DNA of 63,724 nucleotides, counting the filler, from Choristocarpus tenellus KU-1152 (Eukaryota; Protista; Phaeophyceae), in the NCBI GenBank assembly GCA_964200185.2. It is 7 parts of 7 records of this genome, joined end to end, with 100 filler letters (N's around TTAATTAATTAA, not from the genome) between each part and the next. Parts side by side here need not be neighbours in the genome. Positions count along the whole stretch, not along the records: positions 6,400 to 21,193 come from CAXNAD020001113.1; positions 21,294 to 41,236 come from CAXNAD020000429.1; 5 more parts are not named here. One strand, 5' to 3'. The translations under genes were made by a program, and so were the position numbers. Of this stretch, positions 14,201-28,100 are shown one piece after another; position 1 is the stretch's first letter; every line of letters starts with the position of its first letter. Under the pieces are notes generated by a model that was not told the origin of the DNA, made no database searches, and saw nothing but the letters and a program-made list of their open reading frames with translations.

Positions 14201-16491
14201 GTGGCCAACCAGTCAAGCACAGGAGTACCAAACAGTTCTACATGATTCCACCTACAACCCACTCAATACCAACCCAACACTTAACCATACGCAGGAATGA
14301 ATCACAAACACCATTGAAGAGTGGGCACAGGAGAGTTTTGATACAACAACAAAAACTTGAGGCTACAATGTACCTTTTATTGTCATACCAATGTGTGTGG
14401 ATGTGCAACAATGTACCAACCTGAGACCCGACAAGCAAGAGGCCCCCAGAACTAGAAACATCCCCAAAATAGAGAATTCCGCCTCTCCCCAGCTGGCCAA
14501 TAAAAGGCCAATGCTCATGAAGCCCACTAAACCGCAGAGCTTTGGTGTCGCCACCTCAAACTTGAACACTATAGCCCACAATGCAATCCTTATTTAGCGA
14601 GAGCGGGCAAAGGGAGGAGGGTAAGGGGAGATAGAATGCTCAGAATCAGCATGCGACGACACCTCCAGCCTTGAGCAGCAAACTCTAGAGCTATTGCTGT
14701 CATGTGTCTTACCACTGTAAGGGAGTTGGTGTATAAATTCAAATGAAAAAAGGTAAATACATCATACCACACAATATAACTTAGAATGGTAATCGTACTA
14801 ACTACCAAAACCAGTGCCATTGCAGGCTAAGCCTCAACTGTTCTAAGGTAGATCATCAAAATTGTTGTAATATACTTCTAAGGAGTTTACTGCTCCCTGT
14901 CAAGCATTAATATGTACGCAGAGGGTCACTACACCAGGGTACTCTCAAGTATGACTTTAGAATAATCTTGCAAACCAAATTGTAACATTTTAAAATCCAA
15001 GGACTATGCAACGGCGCAAGCAGGGGTTCACAGCTTCACCCTCAGGCCAAAGGCTGCGCATCAACACTATACTTTTCCAAGTACATACTCTGATGAGAGC
15101 AATATGTCTCATTCCAACACAGAAAATTAAGCCAATAATTTACTCCCACTTCTGAGCAACAGGGAACAACCTAAACATCTCCTTATCTGCAATTAAATAT
15201 GCCACATTCCATGAGAAAGCAAAACAATAAAAGATGTCTTCTGACTAACACTTTGCCCCTCTGTTTAGGGAATCAATGGGTGGCAATATCCCTACTCAAA
15301 CCAACAGTCATCTCAACCTCAAATCGTGAAAGTTACAGGTGGAGCAACACTATGAGCCCTTGCCCCGCCAAATATTTTCCCCTATCTCACCAAATGACGG
15401 AGCCTGACTTGAGTATGGTGTAGAAGGACACATTGACAAAAAGGAAAGCAAAATTGGACAATAAGATGTCCAGGGCTGTCGTCAGGCCTATGGGTACCAC
15501 GGTCCAGTAGAGGACGGATCTTTCCAGTCGTGCTGGCTTCACACCCTGCGGAAATGCCAATGGGTTGGTGGAGAGAGCTGCGTTTAATTAAGCTCTTTCC
15601 CAAATATATAAATCGGTAAAGATGCAGCTAACCAAACACTGTCATGTCAATCCCGACATCCTTTTCTCCGAAGGACGTTCTCGTGAATATGGAGAAGATC
15701 ATTGGTATTGATTGGACGTCAGCTTGAGGAGAGTCATAGACAGATCAACCAAAATAGGGAAAACCAGTGAACTTCGGGAAGGGGCAGAATATATTCAAAC
15801 CTACTTATCGCGTACATGAGCTCGGGAAATTCAAGGAGGGGTAGACATCGGAGAGATCAAACTATATGTTGATTTGGATGCAACAGATTTCAAGAAGCAC
15901 CTAGTCGACCTTTGGTTATTTGCCATAAAAAAATCCCCCCTTTCAACTTGCACACCTGCATCCAGAGAATAAGCCTCGATAGGAACACTTTCAACCACAT
16001 ATGAATTGCAGTAGCAAGGATTGGATAAGGGAATCCATCGCCTCTCCACTCGTGGAAAAGCCAACGGTTGGATATCACCATGGAAACGCTGATGCCGTAC
16101 CATGCGAACACCCAAGCAGCCACCTATGTTGTAGGAGACGGCCTTGTTATCAGTCATGATCAAGTGGGCAAGCCTCAAGAAGGGATATCAATAATCCAGG
16201 ATACAAGATGAGAGCAAGCGCATTGTGCCCAATACAGCAGAGCTTGCCAAAGAAGTAACAAAAGGCGAGAACAACACCAAACGGGCTTCAGGTCGAGTGG
16301 TCTAATTAGAAAAAACGATATACTGAAAGTGGATGCTGAACTCGTACCTCCACTGGCTTGACGTAAAACGACGCTTTGCTGATGCGGCTATTTGCAGCAT
16401 CTGCAAGGAGCAAAGCCCGTAACAAGAAGCACAGGGATGACATCAGCATTGTCACCCCGCAATACCATGCCATGACTGATGTAGTTGACAT
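11294..16491 (-). CDS. SLC35C2-like nucleotide-sugar / triose-phosphate-translocator family transporter, 9 exons
   Basis: Phase-compatible GT-AG exons: 16491-16348, 16123-15956 (WYGISVSMVISNRWLF..FPYPILATAIHM), 15545-15391 (VVPIGLTTALDILLSNFAFLFVNVSFYTILKSGS), 14588-14421 (FKFE...LGASCLSGLR), 13676-13445 (WGLVQLL...FFLIFAE), 13121-13053 (LLAITSSLTTGVFGTLKEV), 12700-12537, 11986-11893, 11386-11294 (stop). First and last exons are less certain. Confidence 0.88.
13187..13214. repeat. Short interstitial (CCCTAA)n telomere-like repeat in intron
   Basis: ctaaccctaaccctaaccctgaccctaa. Confidence 0.7.
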
Positions 16492-16664
16492 TTTGGAAAC
16501 TAGAGTTCAATCAATACTGCGGAGTGCAAGAACTGCACGGATGGGGTTGATATATCTTCTCCTACCTAGCTCCCCCCCTCCCCCACCACCTCTGTTTGGG
16601 AACAAACAAGACGATAAACAATTCACAAAGTAGAGTTTCCATGCATTACCTGGAATTCACGGTA

Positions 16665-16692
16665 TACTACTACTGCTACTACTACTACTACT
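16665..16692. repeat. (TAC)n microsatellite upstream of transporter start
   Basis: tactactactgctactactactactact. Confidence 0.8.
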
Positions 16693-18498
16693 TCTATTGT
16701 TCTATCCAACAACTACAGTATAAAGGGATGAGGTTTATTACAATTGATGGGAAGATAAGGACGACAGTAGTACAATAATTGATCAAAATGTAAACTGGAC
16801 AACCATACAAATCCAAAAAATACGCTTGAAAAAAAGAGGAGACAGAAATAGACAATAGGAAAAGAAGAAATGCTCATCTTTACTCATCACTCCATACTAC
16901 TATACAACATAAACCAAACTAATATATTACTTTTACAAGGGTTCTAATAATATTGAAGTGGCTTTTACCCTGACACATCTACAAAATGTTATATAATAAT
17001 ATATATCAAAAACACATATTGAAAAACATCAACACAATTAACGAAATTCTTATAATAGAATCAAAATCAGTCCACCATATATTTGATGTTTGAATGTTTG
17101 GGTGATGTAGGATGTATTAGCAGTAAAATGTGAGAGGTGACTTAAAATCATTTAGTATCACTTGTACCAGTCAATAAAGTATTTACTACCATCTACAACT
17201 GTCTGTTGTAGTGGTAGTTATTAATGACTTTAGTGAAAAGGCACAATGACCATAATAATACAATTACCTCCCCATATACACTGGGGGGGCCTTTTTTCAG
17301 GTCATCCACAACTTCAAGTTGAAAATTTCCACCTTTCTCTAACTTGGAAATTGGGAGTAGAGTGGTACGACGTTCCACACTTTCCCCAAAGGATTCCACG
17401 TATATACAGTCTGAGATTTTTTTCTTAGTCATACCGTACCACCCTGACCAACCCGATTGAAACCCTGTTTTAAACACTACCTGGATCAGTAGTTCAATGG
17501 GAACACATCTCTCACACACTTTTGCAAAGATAGATGCTCTTCCTTGTGACCACTTGGCATATATATGCCAGTATAGTTTCAAAAGAGGGCCAGTTCCACA
17601 CATTGGGGATGAGCGAAGCCCAAAGGTATTGATGTTTTAGGAATCTGCATATTCTGTGGCTCACCTTGTTGCTGCCAATTCTCAACCCCGCGATTATCCC
17701 TCACCTCATTTTTTTCAAAATAGTTCCACACATAATATATCACCTTCTCCTCCTACAATTCACTGCGACGACTACTACTCTGGAATCTTTGCTGCCGTTT
17801 TGGTACAAATATATATTCATATTTGCCGCCAGCCACAGGTGCTAGTCGCTATTTCAGAGTGGTAGGCGATACACTAAGCACTTTGTTCCTAGTCCCATAT
17901 GTTCCCATCCTACCATGTGGTTCATGGTACCTGCTGAGCTTTCCCCATAGACCTTTGTCTGACCATAACGCTACCTCCATTGGCCATTCGTTCAACCTCT
18001 ATCAATGGCGGAGTGTATACTACATATTATTTAGACAAGAGTTCCCATGAATGGACATGGTGGTACAGCACATTATAACACTCGCGTTAATAGCAGGAGT
18101 CGTAGGTTGTATCATGTTGCATTAATATTCTTGTTTTATTTTTGTGTATGAAGGAGTACTCCTAGTTTCCATTCTACCATTTGGCACCACATCATAGTTT
18201 AAGCATCAAATAGAGTTCAAGATAAAAAATGCATTGGTTACCCGTACCCATTATTCAGTACTTCTCATTTTCTAATATACTATTGTATTTACAATTATAT
18301 ATGATAGTCAGGACTAGAAGTACGTAGGAGTCGTTTCATTCTGAAGCGTTTCGTCCGTTTTTTCCCTCGTTTCGTAGCTATTTCGTACATCAATGAAACT
18401 GTCGGCCATGTTGAGCCCACTAGCTCACTTCCAACTATTCGAGACACACAACTCGTTCATTCACTTGCCAGCTCTTCGACCCCAATCCAACCGTAGCA

Positions 18499-20365
<1,867 letters not shown>

Positions 20366-20639
20366 TAATGCCTTAATGTTCTTTTCTGGATTTTCTTACC
20401 TTTTGATCCTGCAGACATTCAATTCGAGTTTGGACAATAGGGCTATTGAGCTGGATTTTTTTTTGCAATCCTCAAGTAGAGAGAGAGAACTGAAGCAGAT
20501 TTTTGAGAGGTTGTAAGAATCCTGCAAGGGATATCAAAACATAGTAGTGATACAATAACATATATTATGCAACCACTTTATTAACTGACAAAGCATTCAA
20601 AATAATAAAAAAATCTAGGTTCATAATTACTTTTATCCT

Positions 20640-21140
20640 ATTCTTATACAGGATCTCTTTTTCACACATATCCTGTAATGCTTCACTGACAACGATGAGA
20701 ATGTTCTGGGTTCGATCAAGATATTGTTATATAAGTACCTGAAGGTACCTGAAGGCGATCGCTGAGTGCCCCTGAGATGGTGACCTGTGTCTGCCGAGAC
20801 ATACACCATCCGAGATGGAACAAAGAATTGTTTTAGCATCTGTTGCCCATGCTTCCAGGCAGAAAATAAAATATTAGTTGGGGATATATCTTCTGCATAC
20901 CTGGTATATTGTTGCACTCTCACCACACGATGAAATGGAGTTGAAAACAAACTCTACACACTCTTCTACCTGGGGCACCAATCTAGAGCAATCCCATATA
21001 TAATGAAGACATCGAACAAAGGGAATATCTGCCTGAGGTCTGCAGATAACATCAGTCTACTGTGGAAGACCTCCACACAGTAGTTTTTAGCAATACTCTC
21101 CATTCTATCTGTACCTCAGCATGGTGTGCTGACGACAATG
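20640..21140 (-). pseudogene. Possible decayed non-LTR (LINE) reverse transcriptase fragment
   Basis: YAED (about YADD) followed by FRYLYNNI (about FxYLGxxI) at plausible spacing, with a G.PG-like segment upstream; heavily degenerate. Confidence 0.3.
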
Positions 21141-21151
21141 CTGGAGGTATT

Positions 21152-21193
21152 GGGCTCAAAGTATCTGGGGGGGGGGTGACGGCTGTCCATTTG
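21152..21193. mobile_element. Terminus of family D element at contig end
   Basis: gggctcaaagtatctgggggggggg running into the linker. Confidence 0.6.
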
Positions 21194-21293
21194 NNNNNNN
21201 NNNNNNNNNNNNNNNNNNNNNNNNNNNNNNNNNNNNNTTAATTAATTAANNNNNNNNNNNNNNNNNNNNNNNNNNNNNNNNNNNNNNNNNNNN
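21194..21293. other. Artificial contig linker
   Basis: N44-TTAATTAATTAA-N44. Confidence 0.97.
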
Positions 21294-21360
21294 CAGTCAA
21301 TTTGGGGTCAAGCTCATCCTCAATGAAAAGCTCCATCCTCAATTTTTGAAATCTGCTGTT
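21294..21360 (+). mobile_element. Right end of TIR-less family E element
   Basis: cagtcaatttggggtcaagctcatcctcaatgaaaagctccatcctcaatttttgaaatctgctgtt; near-identical to 61841-61907 and to 59573-59639 (reverse strand). Confidence 0.75.
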
Positions 21361-22117
21361 CTTACGGCAGGAGGGGACCAAACGAGCAATGTATGGTGTA
21401 GGCAGAAGGATGGAACCAATGTTAATGCTGAAGAACTTGGTGTCAACCGATGGAAGGTACCGGGAGGGTATGTTCGGTGTTGATAGGAGCCACTCCTGAG
21501 TTCCATGGTATGTTGTACTTGAGCACATGAATTCAAAAAATGGTACATGAAGTTATTTAGAGAGATTATGGATATCGTTGAACAAATGCGTCAATCACCT
21601 TCAACATGAAGTCAAGACAAATCAGAGAGAACTAGATTAAACACTCTATGTTCATGGATGCCCTCATGTAGCAAGTCGGCGATGAAACCTTTCCAAGTTG
21701 TTCCTGGTCCAGTGTTTCGTGGTATAAAAACAGATTGGATAGCAATGGTGTTTAGGTGAAATTTATCGAGAACGGATCTCGCGCGCATATTCTAGGTGCG
21801 CGACAAGATTGAATCCCTCAATACATTGTAGTAGTTATGGAAGAAAAAACAAGTTTTTTTCAAATCAAGTTGTGTAGCAAACTGTGTTAGAACCAAGTTA
21901 TGTCCTTTAATGCCGACCTTTGTCTATTTTAGTTTGTGAGAGTAGTAGGACGTAGGGGGGCAGACTCTTCAGAAGTAGTATTGAATTGAAGACATAAACG
22001 TGTGCAATAATCTCGCTCGGTTAATGTGGTGTGTGGTGCAATTGGGTTGGGATCGTGGACCAAGAGGAAAGCAAGCAAGTTGACAATTACGAGACCTCCA
22101 GAGCGAACACCACAGAT

Positions 22118-25100
22118 ATGGACGACGAAGAGGTAGTGGGCATTAGACTTGACTGCAGATGAAATACTGAAACTAGTACGGGAGTAATCCATTTCCTCTC
22201 ACTTATTTTCTTCTGTTAGAAAAGGTACAGTCTCTTTGGTGGTTCTACTATTAATAGCATCATTATCGATTCACAGGAAATGCCTTTCGTGCACAGCACT
22301 CTACCGAACCTGGAGCCTGAGGAGGTGGAAGGCCTCTATGAGATGTTCTTACGGGATAATCTACCGGAGGTGACTTAACCATATACACATTCTCTCTTGC
22401 ACAATCCCTTGAATCGTTCGTTCAGTCTGGGACGTTTTGCCGATAACCTTCAGACAAACACCTGACAAGGAAATATTATTCTACACCTGGGCATAACGTC
22501 CGATACAACGATGAACAGACTTGTGCCACGAACTCATGTTTAGGATTGCGCACCTCGTTATCTTTTTCGCGCCTCTTGCCTATCTACATTCTTGCAGCTA
22601 CGAACCTTCACCACCTCGATCTGAGGTCCTCCCAACTCCACCTATGTTGCATGTCCCTCCCCAAGGATGATGAAGGAGACGAAGATTTTGAGCCCACAAT
22701 GCTGGAGGAGGAGGAGGACGGCGAGGAGAATGGGGTGCGGCGACGTGGCATCCTAACACGAGAGCTCAATGACCTCTTGTGGGATGCCTACCCTGAGGTC
22801 AGTCCCATATCCTCAACCACTAGCACAATGCAGGGGGTGTGGAGCTGGTCGAATGATCTTTTTCAGATGCCGTTATGGTGCTGTATCCCCCAAATATTAA
22901 CATGTAGTGTGCCCTTATTCCAGAGTTTTGTTGCTGTCATTTTAGCTAAACCAGAGGTGTATATTACTCCTTTTTGGATTGTTTCGGGCAAGGAAACAAG
23001 TCGATCTGTAGCGGAATCTAGAGGTCTTTCCAGTTGTCCATAAGTCTCATACTTCTCAAATTCAAATTGCAACCAAAGCAGGAAATGCAAGGATATTGTA
23101 CTTGTATATATGCCCAGGTGTGCTTGTATGCGAATGTTGCGTGTCATTGCCACAGGGAAGGTCAATCAAAAGGTCAGCAATGCTATGCCATTTGGATATT
23201 TCAAGAGATTGAAGCTTAGAGACTAGTTTAAAGCCTTGATCTACTTATTTAATCTATTCAAGCGTATGGGTGTGGTTCTAGTCACTTGCTAATTCGAATC
23301 CATTTTTTTTTTAGGATATTGCTTAACTGTAGTTATTTGTTCATGGTAAAACAGATGAAGTTTTATGGCAATAGGTGCGTATCTATGTACAGTAGGCAGT
23401 ATGAAGAGGCACAATATTTCAGTTGGTACCCTTCACTCCTGCATTACAGGTGTGTCAACCCCCCTAGTGAGTTAGGGTTTCATTCAGCAATAGCACCATA
23501 GACTGCCACCAATCGATCTCTTCCTTCTCCCTCGAGTCATGATATCAGATATGATCTCCAAGATCAGTGACCCCATAGTTATTTCTTGTTGACACCCCTT
23601 GGATGCATGTATGAAATTAATACGTTCTTGGATAGTATCTTTTGGATCCGAACAGGGAAGAAAATATAGCCAATATGTTGTCAGCCTGCTGATTTCTATG
23701 ACAAGTCAGAGATTATCACCAACTACATACTTGGTGTCAGCAGGTTGGTGTAATGCTGTAAGGTATATCTCTTACGGTATGACCTATGGTTGTTAGAACG
23801 TCATCAGTTTCTTTCACACTAAGGCCATGGCATTGGCTCTGCCATGTTTGTGATTTCTCCCTAGGTCCAAGGAAAGTTGATAGCATTTTTTCTAAATTAG
23901 CTGTGAGTTGGATGAATTGGTAACCATGCTAGTTCCAGTCGATTGGGTATGTACACCCAATATCAATCACTTCTGCCATGTTGTGCTCCATTAACGTGAA
24001 TTTGGAAAACCAGGTGTCACTCACTCACAATCCCCTAATTCCTCTTTTTGGTATCAGGTGTGTTTCATAATTTTTTCTGTATGATATTGTGTTTTGTAAT
24101 CCATATCACGCACACACAGACCCCTTAGGACACAAGTGCTACTGCAAAGGTCAGTAGCTAAAGGTTGTCCCAAACCAGGGTGTAGCCCCCAAGCAAACCT
24201 TGCACCCACAATATACCCCACAGTACCATGTACCATGGATCCCTGTTCGTCAACTCCTGACTTAGCCCATCTTGCCCAAATAAGCCACCCCAACCATCAA
24301 AACATTGATACTAATAGTTTTTTGTTCACTTCAACAAAGTTTTTGTTTGTTTTACATGGTGTTAAACATGTGAGTTGACTGAACACAAAGAGTACCTTTA
24401 ATTTCAATTGAAACAAGTCGGCTCTTGCTCATGTTTTCAGGCTCTTTGAATAGTTTTTTTCCTAGTGGATTTCTGTTGCTAACACAGGTTTGGGTCTTGA
24501 TATACACAATGTTGATATTGGCCCAATGCCCTTGCCCTGGCCCCTATTTTGTGACCACTTGTATTTCACCCTGTGGTATGTGCAGCTCAATCCCTTTGTT
24601 GCACCTGTGGGCATGAGGAACAAAGTAGTGGAGCAGATGTCCATGCACTACCAACTCCTACTACAGACAGCCCTTCTTGCACAAGAGGTAGGCTACGGGA
24701 GTTGGGTGGTGCGTGGATTTCAATGTGCTTGTTTAGGTGGAGTAGCAATTATTCAGTCTTTTTCTTAATGTAGTAACAATATAATATTAATAAAAGAAAT
24801 CTTCTACTTTGCCCAATAAATTCTGACCATTTATGCTGCTCTTCTCCCACTATCTGCTTATTCATTAGGTAGTATAGTGGAACAAGTCGAGTAGACCTGA
24901 ACGGTTGATTTTTGATATAGTTGGTATAGTTGATTGAAAAATATGTGGCAAACTTGATTTTTGATCACGATTCTCGTCAAGTTTCCAATTTTTTTTGTTC
25001 TATGCAGAGTATGGCTTCCTGTTATATGCACTTCAGTGTATTGTAAGTATGCTGCTTCTTCTATTTTGCACCCAATCTTGCCACTATGCAGGGATTGATC

Positions 25101-28100
25101 TATCCTCTGAAGTGGACGCACTGATCTGAATCGCATTCATGATGGCATGTCATGTCTGATTCAGTTTTGATCTCTGAATGTGATTCAAATGATGTGGTTC
25201 ATTGCAGTTACGTGTATGCTAAGATGCTGGAGATCGTGCTCTACCTTATGGACCGTGATGATTAAACCCCATGCATACCCGAAGGTGGTAGTCTAAGAGC
25301 ATTTTGATTTATTAAGATGCAATTTTGACTCAGTTGGTAAGCAGTCCAGCGACTGCATTTTTTAGGTGCGTTTTTTATTTATTCAAAACATTTCAAAATG
25401 ATACGGTTGAAGCAACGTAACTGTTTTGTTCATTAGGCAGTCCCATGGTTGGCAGGCAACACAAAGTCATGGTTATTTTGTTGGGCATCGATCGATCGTA
25501 AGCGGCAGACTGTTGTCATTCAAAGGCCCCTCCTGACCTGTCTTCAGCTAAGAATCCGATTATTACCACCTTCCACACTCATTTTTGTTGTGGAAGGAGT
25601 TGTTCGAATCAAATATTGCCCATTGTCCACTTGATAGTTTTTTTTGCTATCAAGTGCAGCTTATCTACACACTTGTTCACATTGGTGTTAACCTGTGTGA
25701 TGAGGCACGTGCTGAAGATGCAATCAATCAATCAATAATCAATCAATCGATAATCAATCAATCAATCATGTAAATATTTGCTATAAAGGTTGCTTGCTCC
25801 CGCTTAAGTTGAGGGATGGAAGATATCGGAGGGTTATTGGAATGTTTGCAATAGAAGAATTGTCTACATCCGTTTCCATGCAACCCATCCAAAATCTAGA
25901 GGGAAGTTTTTGAGAAATTGAAATTTCCTTCCAGTCAAAGGAAAGCTGTGCATAGGCTCTCCTCAGTGACTACCAATTCAATTGGGCAGGTGTGCGCATT
26001 GATCAATCAATATGCATGTGACATTTACCTGCCGAAGGCACAACTGGAAGGATGTATTTGTAGCTTCTTAATTGTCTGGAGTTGCTGTACTTGATGCAGA
26101 AGAATGCAGGACACCTCATTTTTGTAAAAAGGCACAACACAAAATGTAGACAAGAGGTGTGACTATTTCTGGTTCTATTCTCCATCCCAGATGGCCTTAT
26201 TAATTCGGCTGAAGGAGTCTTCACCTCCTCCCTAGAACTCATACTTTTTTTGTGTGTGAGGTCTCACATCGCCATGCACATGTTGCTGATTTCAGTCTCA
26301 CGAATACACTGGTCCAATACCAGTTGGTAGACTTGTATTGGAAGACAAGTTCGTTATTTGATACTCTTGACTGAATGCTGATTTTGTCTATATTGGCGAT
26401 GCATTGACAGTATGTCATAGGTCTTCACAACCCTAAAAGTATTGCAAATTTTGATGTTCATGTATAAAGATAGGCTCTCCCTGCTGGCCAATACCTTCTC
26501 TTTGTGTTTGCTTCCTTTGAGAGGGAACAGAGTCATCACCTCCTGTAATACTAGATAGTCCCTGAAAATCCAGTACCCAGGAAAGGCCAACCACCCTGTC
26601 AGGCAGATTTCATGGTGAAAGACATGCTTACCTTACTTGGTGCCCTATCATATTTTGTCAAAGGCTCTAGCAAGGAACCTTCTGGGTTGAATGCAAGGAT
26701 ATAATACTAGAAGCCTATTGCTGCAAGAAGGCACTTCTCTTGTGGTTGAAGCACCCCCGTATCTTTATTGATTCAGCCTTAGTTTGTAGGACTTAGCATG
26801 TTACTATTTCTTTCAAAGCGGGAGTCTTTACTGATAAATGGACATACCCACTACACGAGATAGTAACCAGGCACAAAAGAAAATACAATCACACACAACT
26901 CTCACTTTTTCCCATCTCATGCAAGAACTACTCTCTTGAAGATGTCAAGCGTATGTTTTTTGTGCACAATCTGTGTTTATGTATACATGCTCCCAAAAAA
27001 TATATCTTTTTCAAATAAAGAGCTTTGTACTCAAGTTGAAACCCCTTTTGAGGAGCTGTTCAATGAGTGTAGGGCACACATGCGACATTTTCCCCTCAAA
27101 GCGTGTAGGTCTAATTTGCAACGTTTGTGGAGCTTATGAAGCTATCTGTTGTGTGATATATTTGGATTTGGATTACGTCACAATATATAGTAGAGAGTGC
27201 TTTGTGAACGAGTTGTGGGGACTGAGGTTCGAAGTGAGGTCTTGATTAGTGCATAACACGAGAGCAGTGTATATTGTTCTGTGGTTAAGCTTCGTGGGAA
27301 ACACTGTGTGATAGCTTACTAGATTTGGCCGGAGGATGCATTGTGGACTGCGGGGTGTATTGTTGTATGAATATGGGCATTTGGAGGGCATCAATTGCCA
27401 AAAGTGTGTTGAACTTCCGAAGTGATATTACTGACTCTCCGCACATCAACCCCAGCATCTTAGGCCTACAATCCTCATTCTCAATCAGCTCAACATTTTG
27501 GCATATCTTCCGTTTCCTCTAATGTTTGGAAGCACCCATTGCTGTGGTATCTGCTTCAAGGAGTCTACCTCATAGGAAAATTTCCCAGGTATGACATGGC
27601 GTCATCATGCCAACAGCTATATCCCTGGGAAACTGACTGGGCGGTAGGGAGGTGACTGTAGTCAACACACAGGGTTGAGTGAAAGTGAGGGTGTATTAGG
27701 GAGGCTACTGTTCCTTAATCCTGTGTTGCCTGGGTTTGTGGAGGGCCTCATTATGATGCCTTCTGCACATGGTGGGGGTCGCTCATAGCATGCTAGGGGA
27801 GTATTTGTGGGCAAGAAGAAGTTTGCAGTGTCCTACAGTATTAGTGAAATTGACCCAGTTTTGGACCTTGGGATCGATTTGGTCAGAGCATTATGTTGGG
27901 AAAGATTACCGTCTGAGCAGTGCTAACCAGAGGATTGTACAACCAAGCACTGAACATGCCAGATGTCATCCAGAATGCAGATGGAGAAGGATCCAAGTAT
28001 ACAGTCTACATTACTATCCTCCTCCTCAACCCACTGCAGCTGTATTGAGAAGAACTGATACTTGTCTACCTTCTCAAGGAGGAGACATGCCTTTGTAATT

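Noticed and set aside
21779-21803. GC-rich hairpin as a Helitron 3' end
   Set aside because: No CTRR terminus at the expected distance and no second copy; may simply be promoter CpG-rich sequence.
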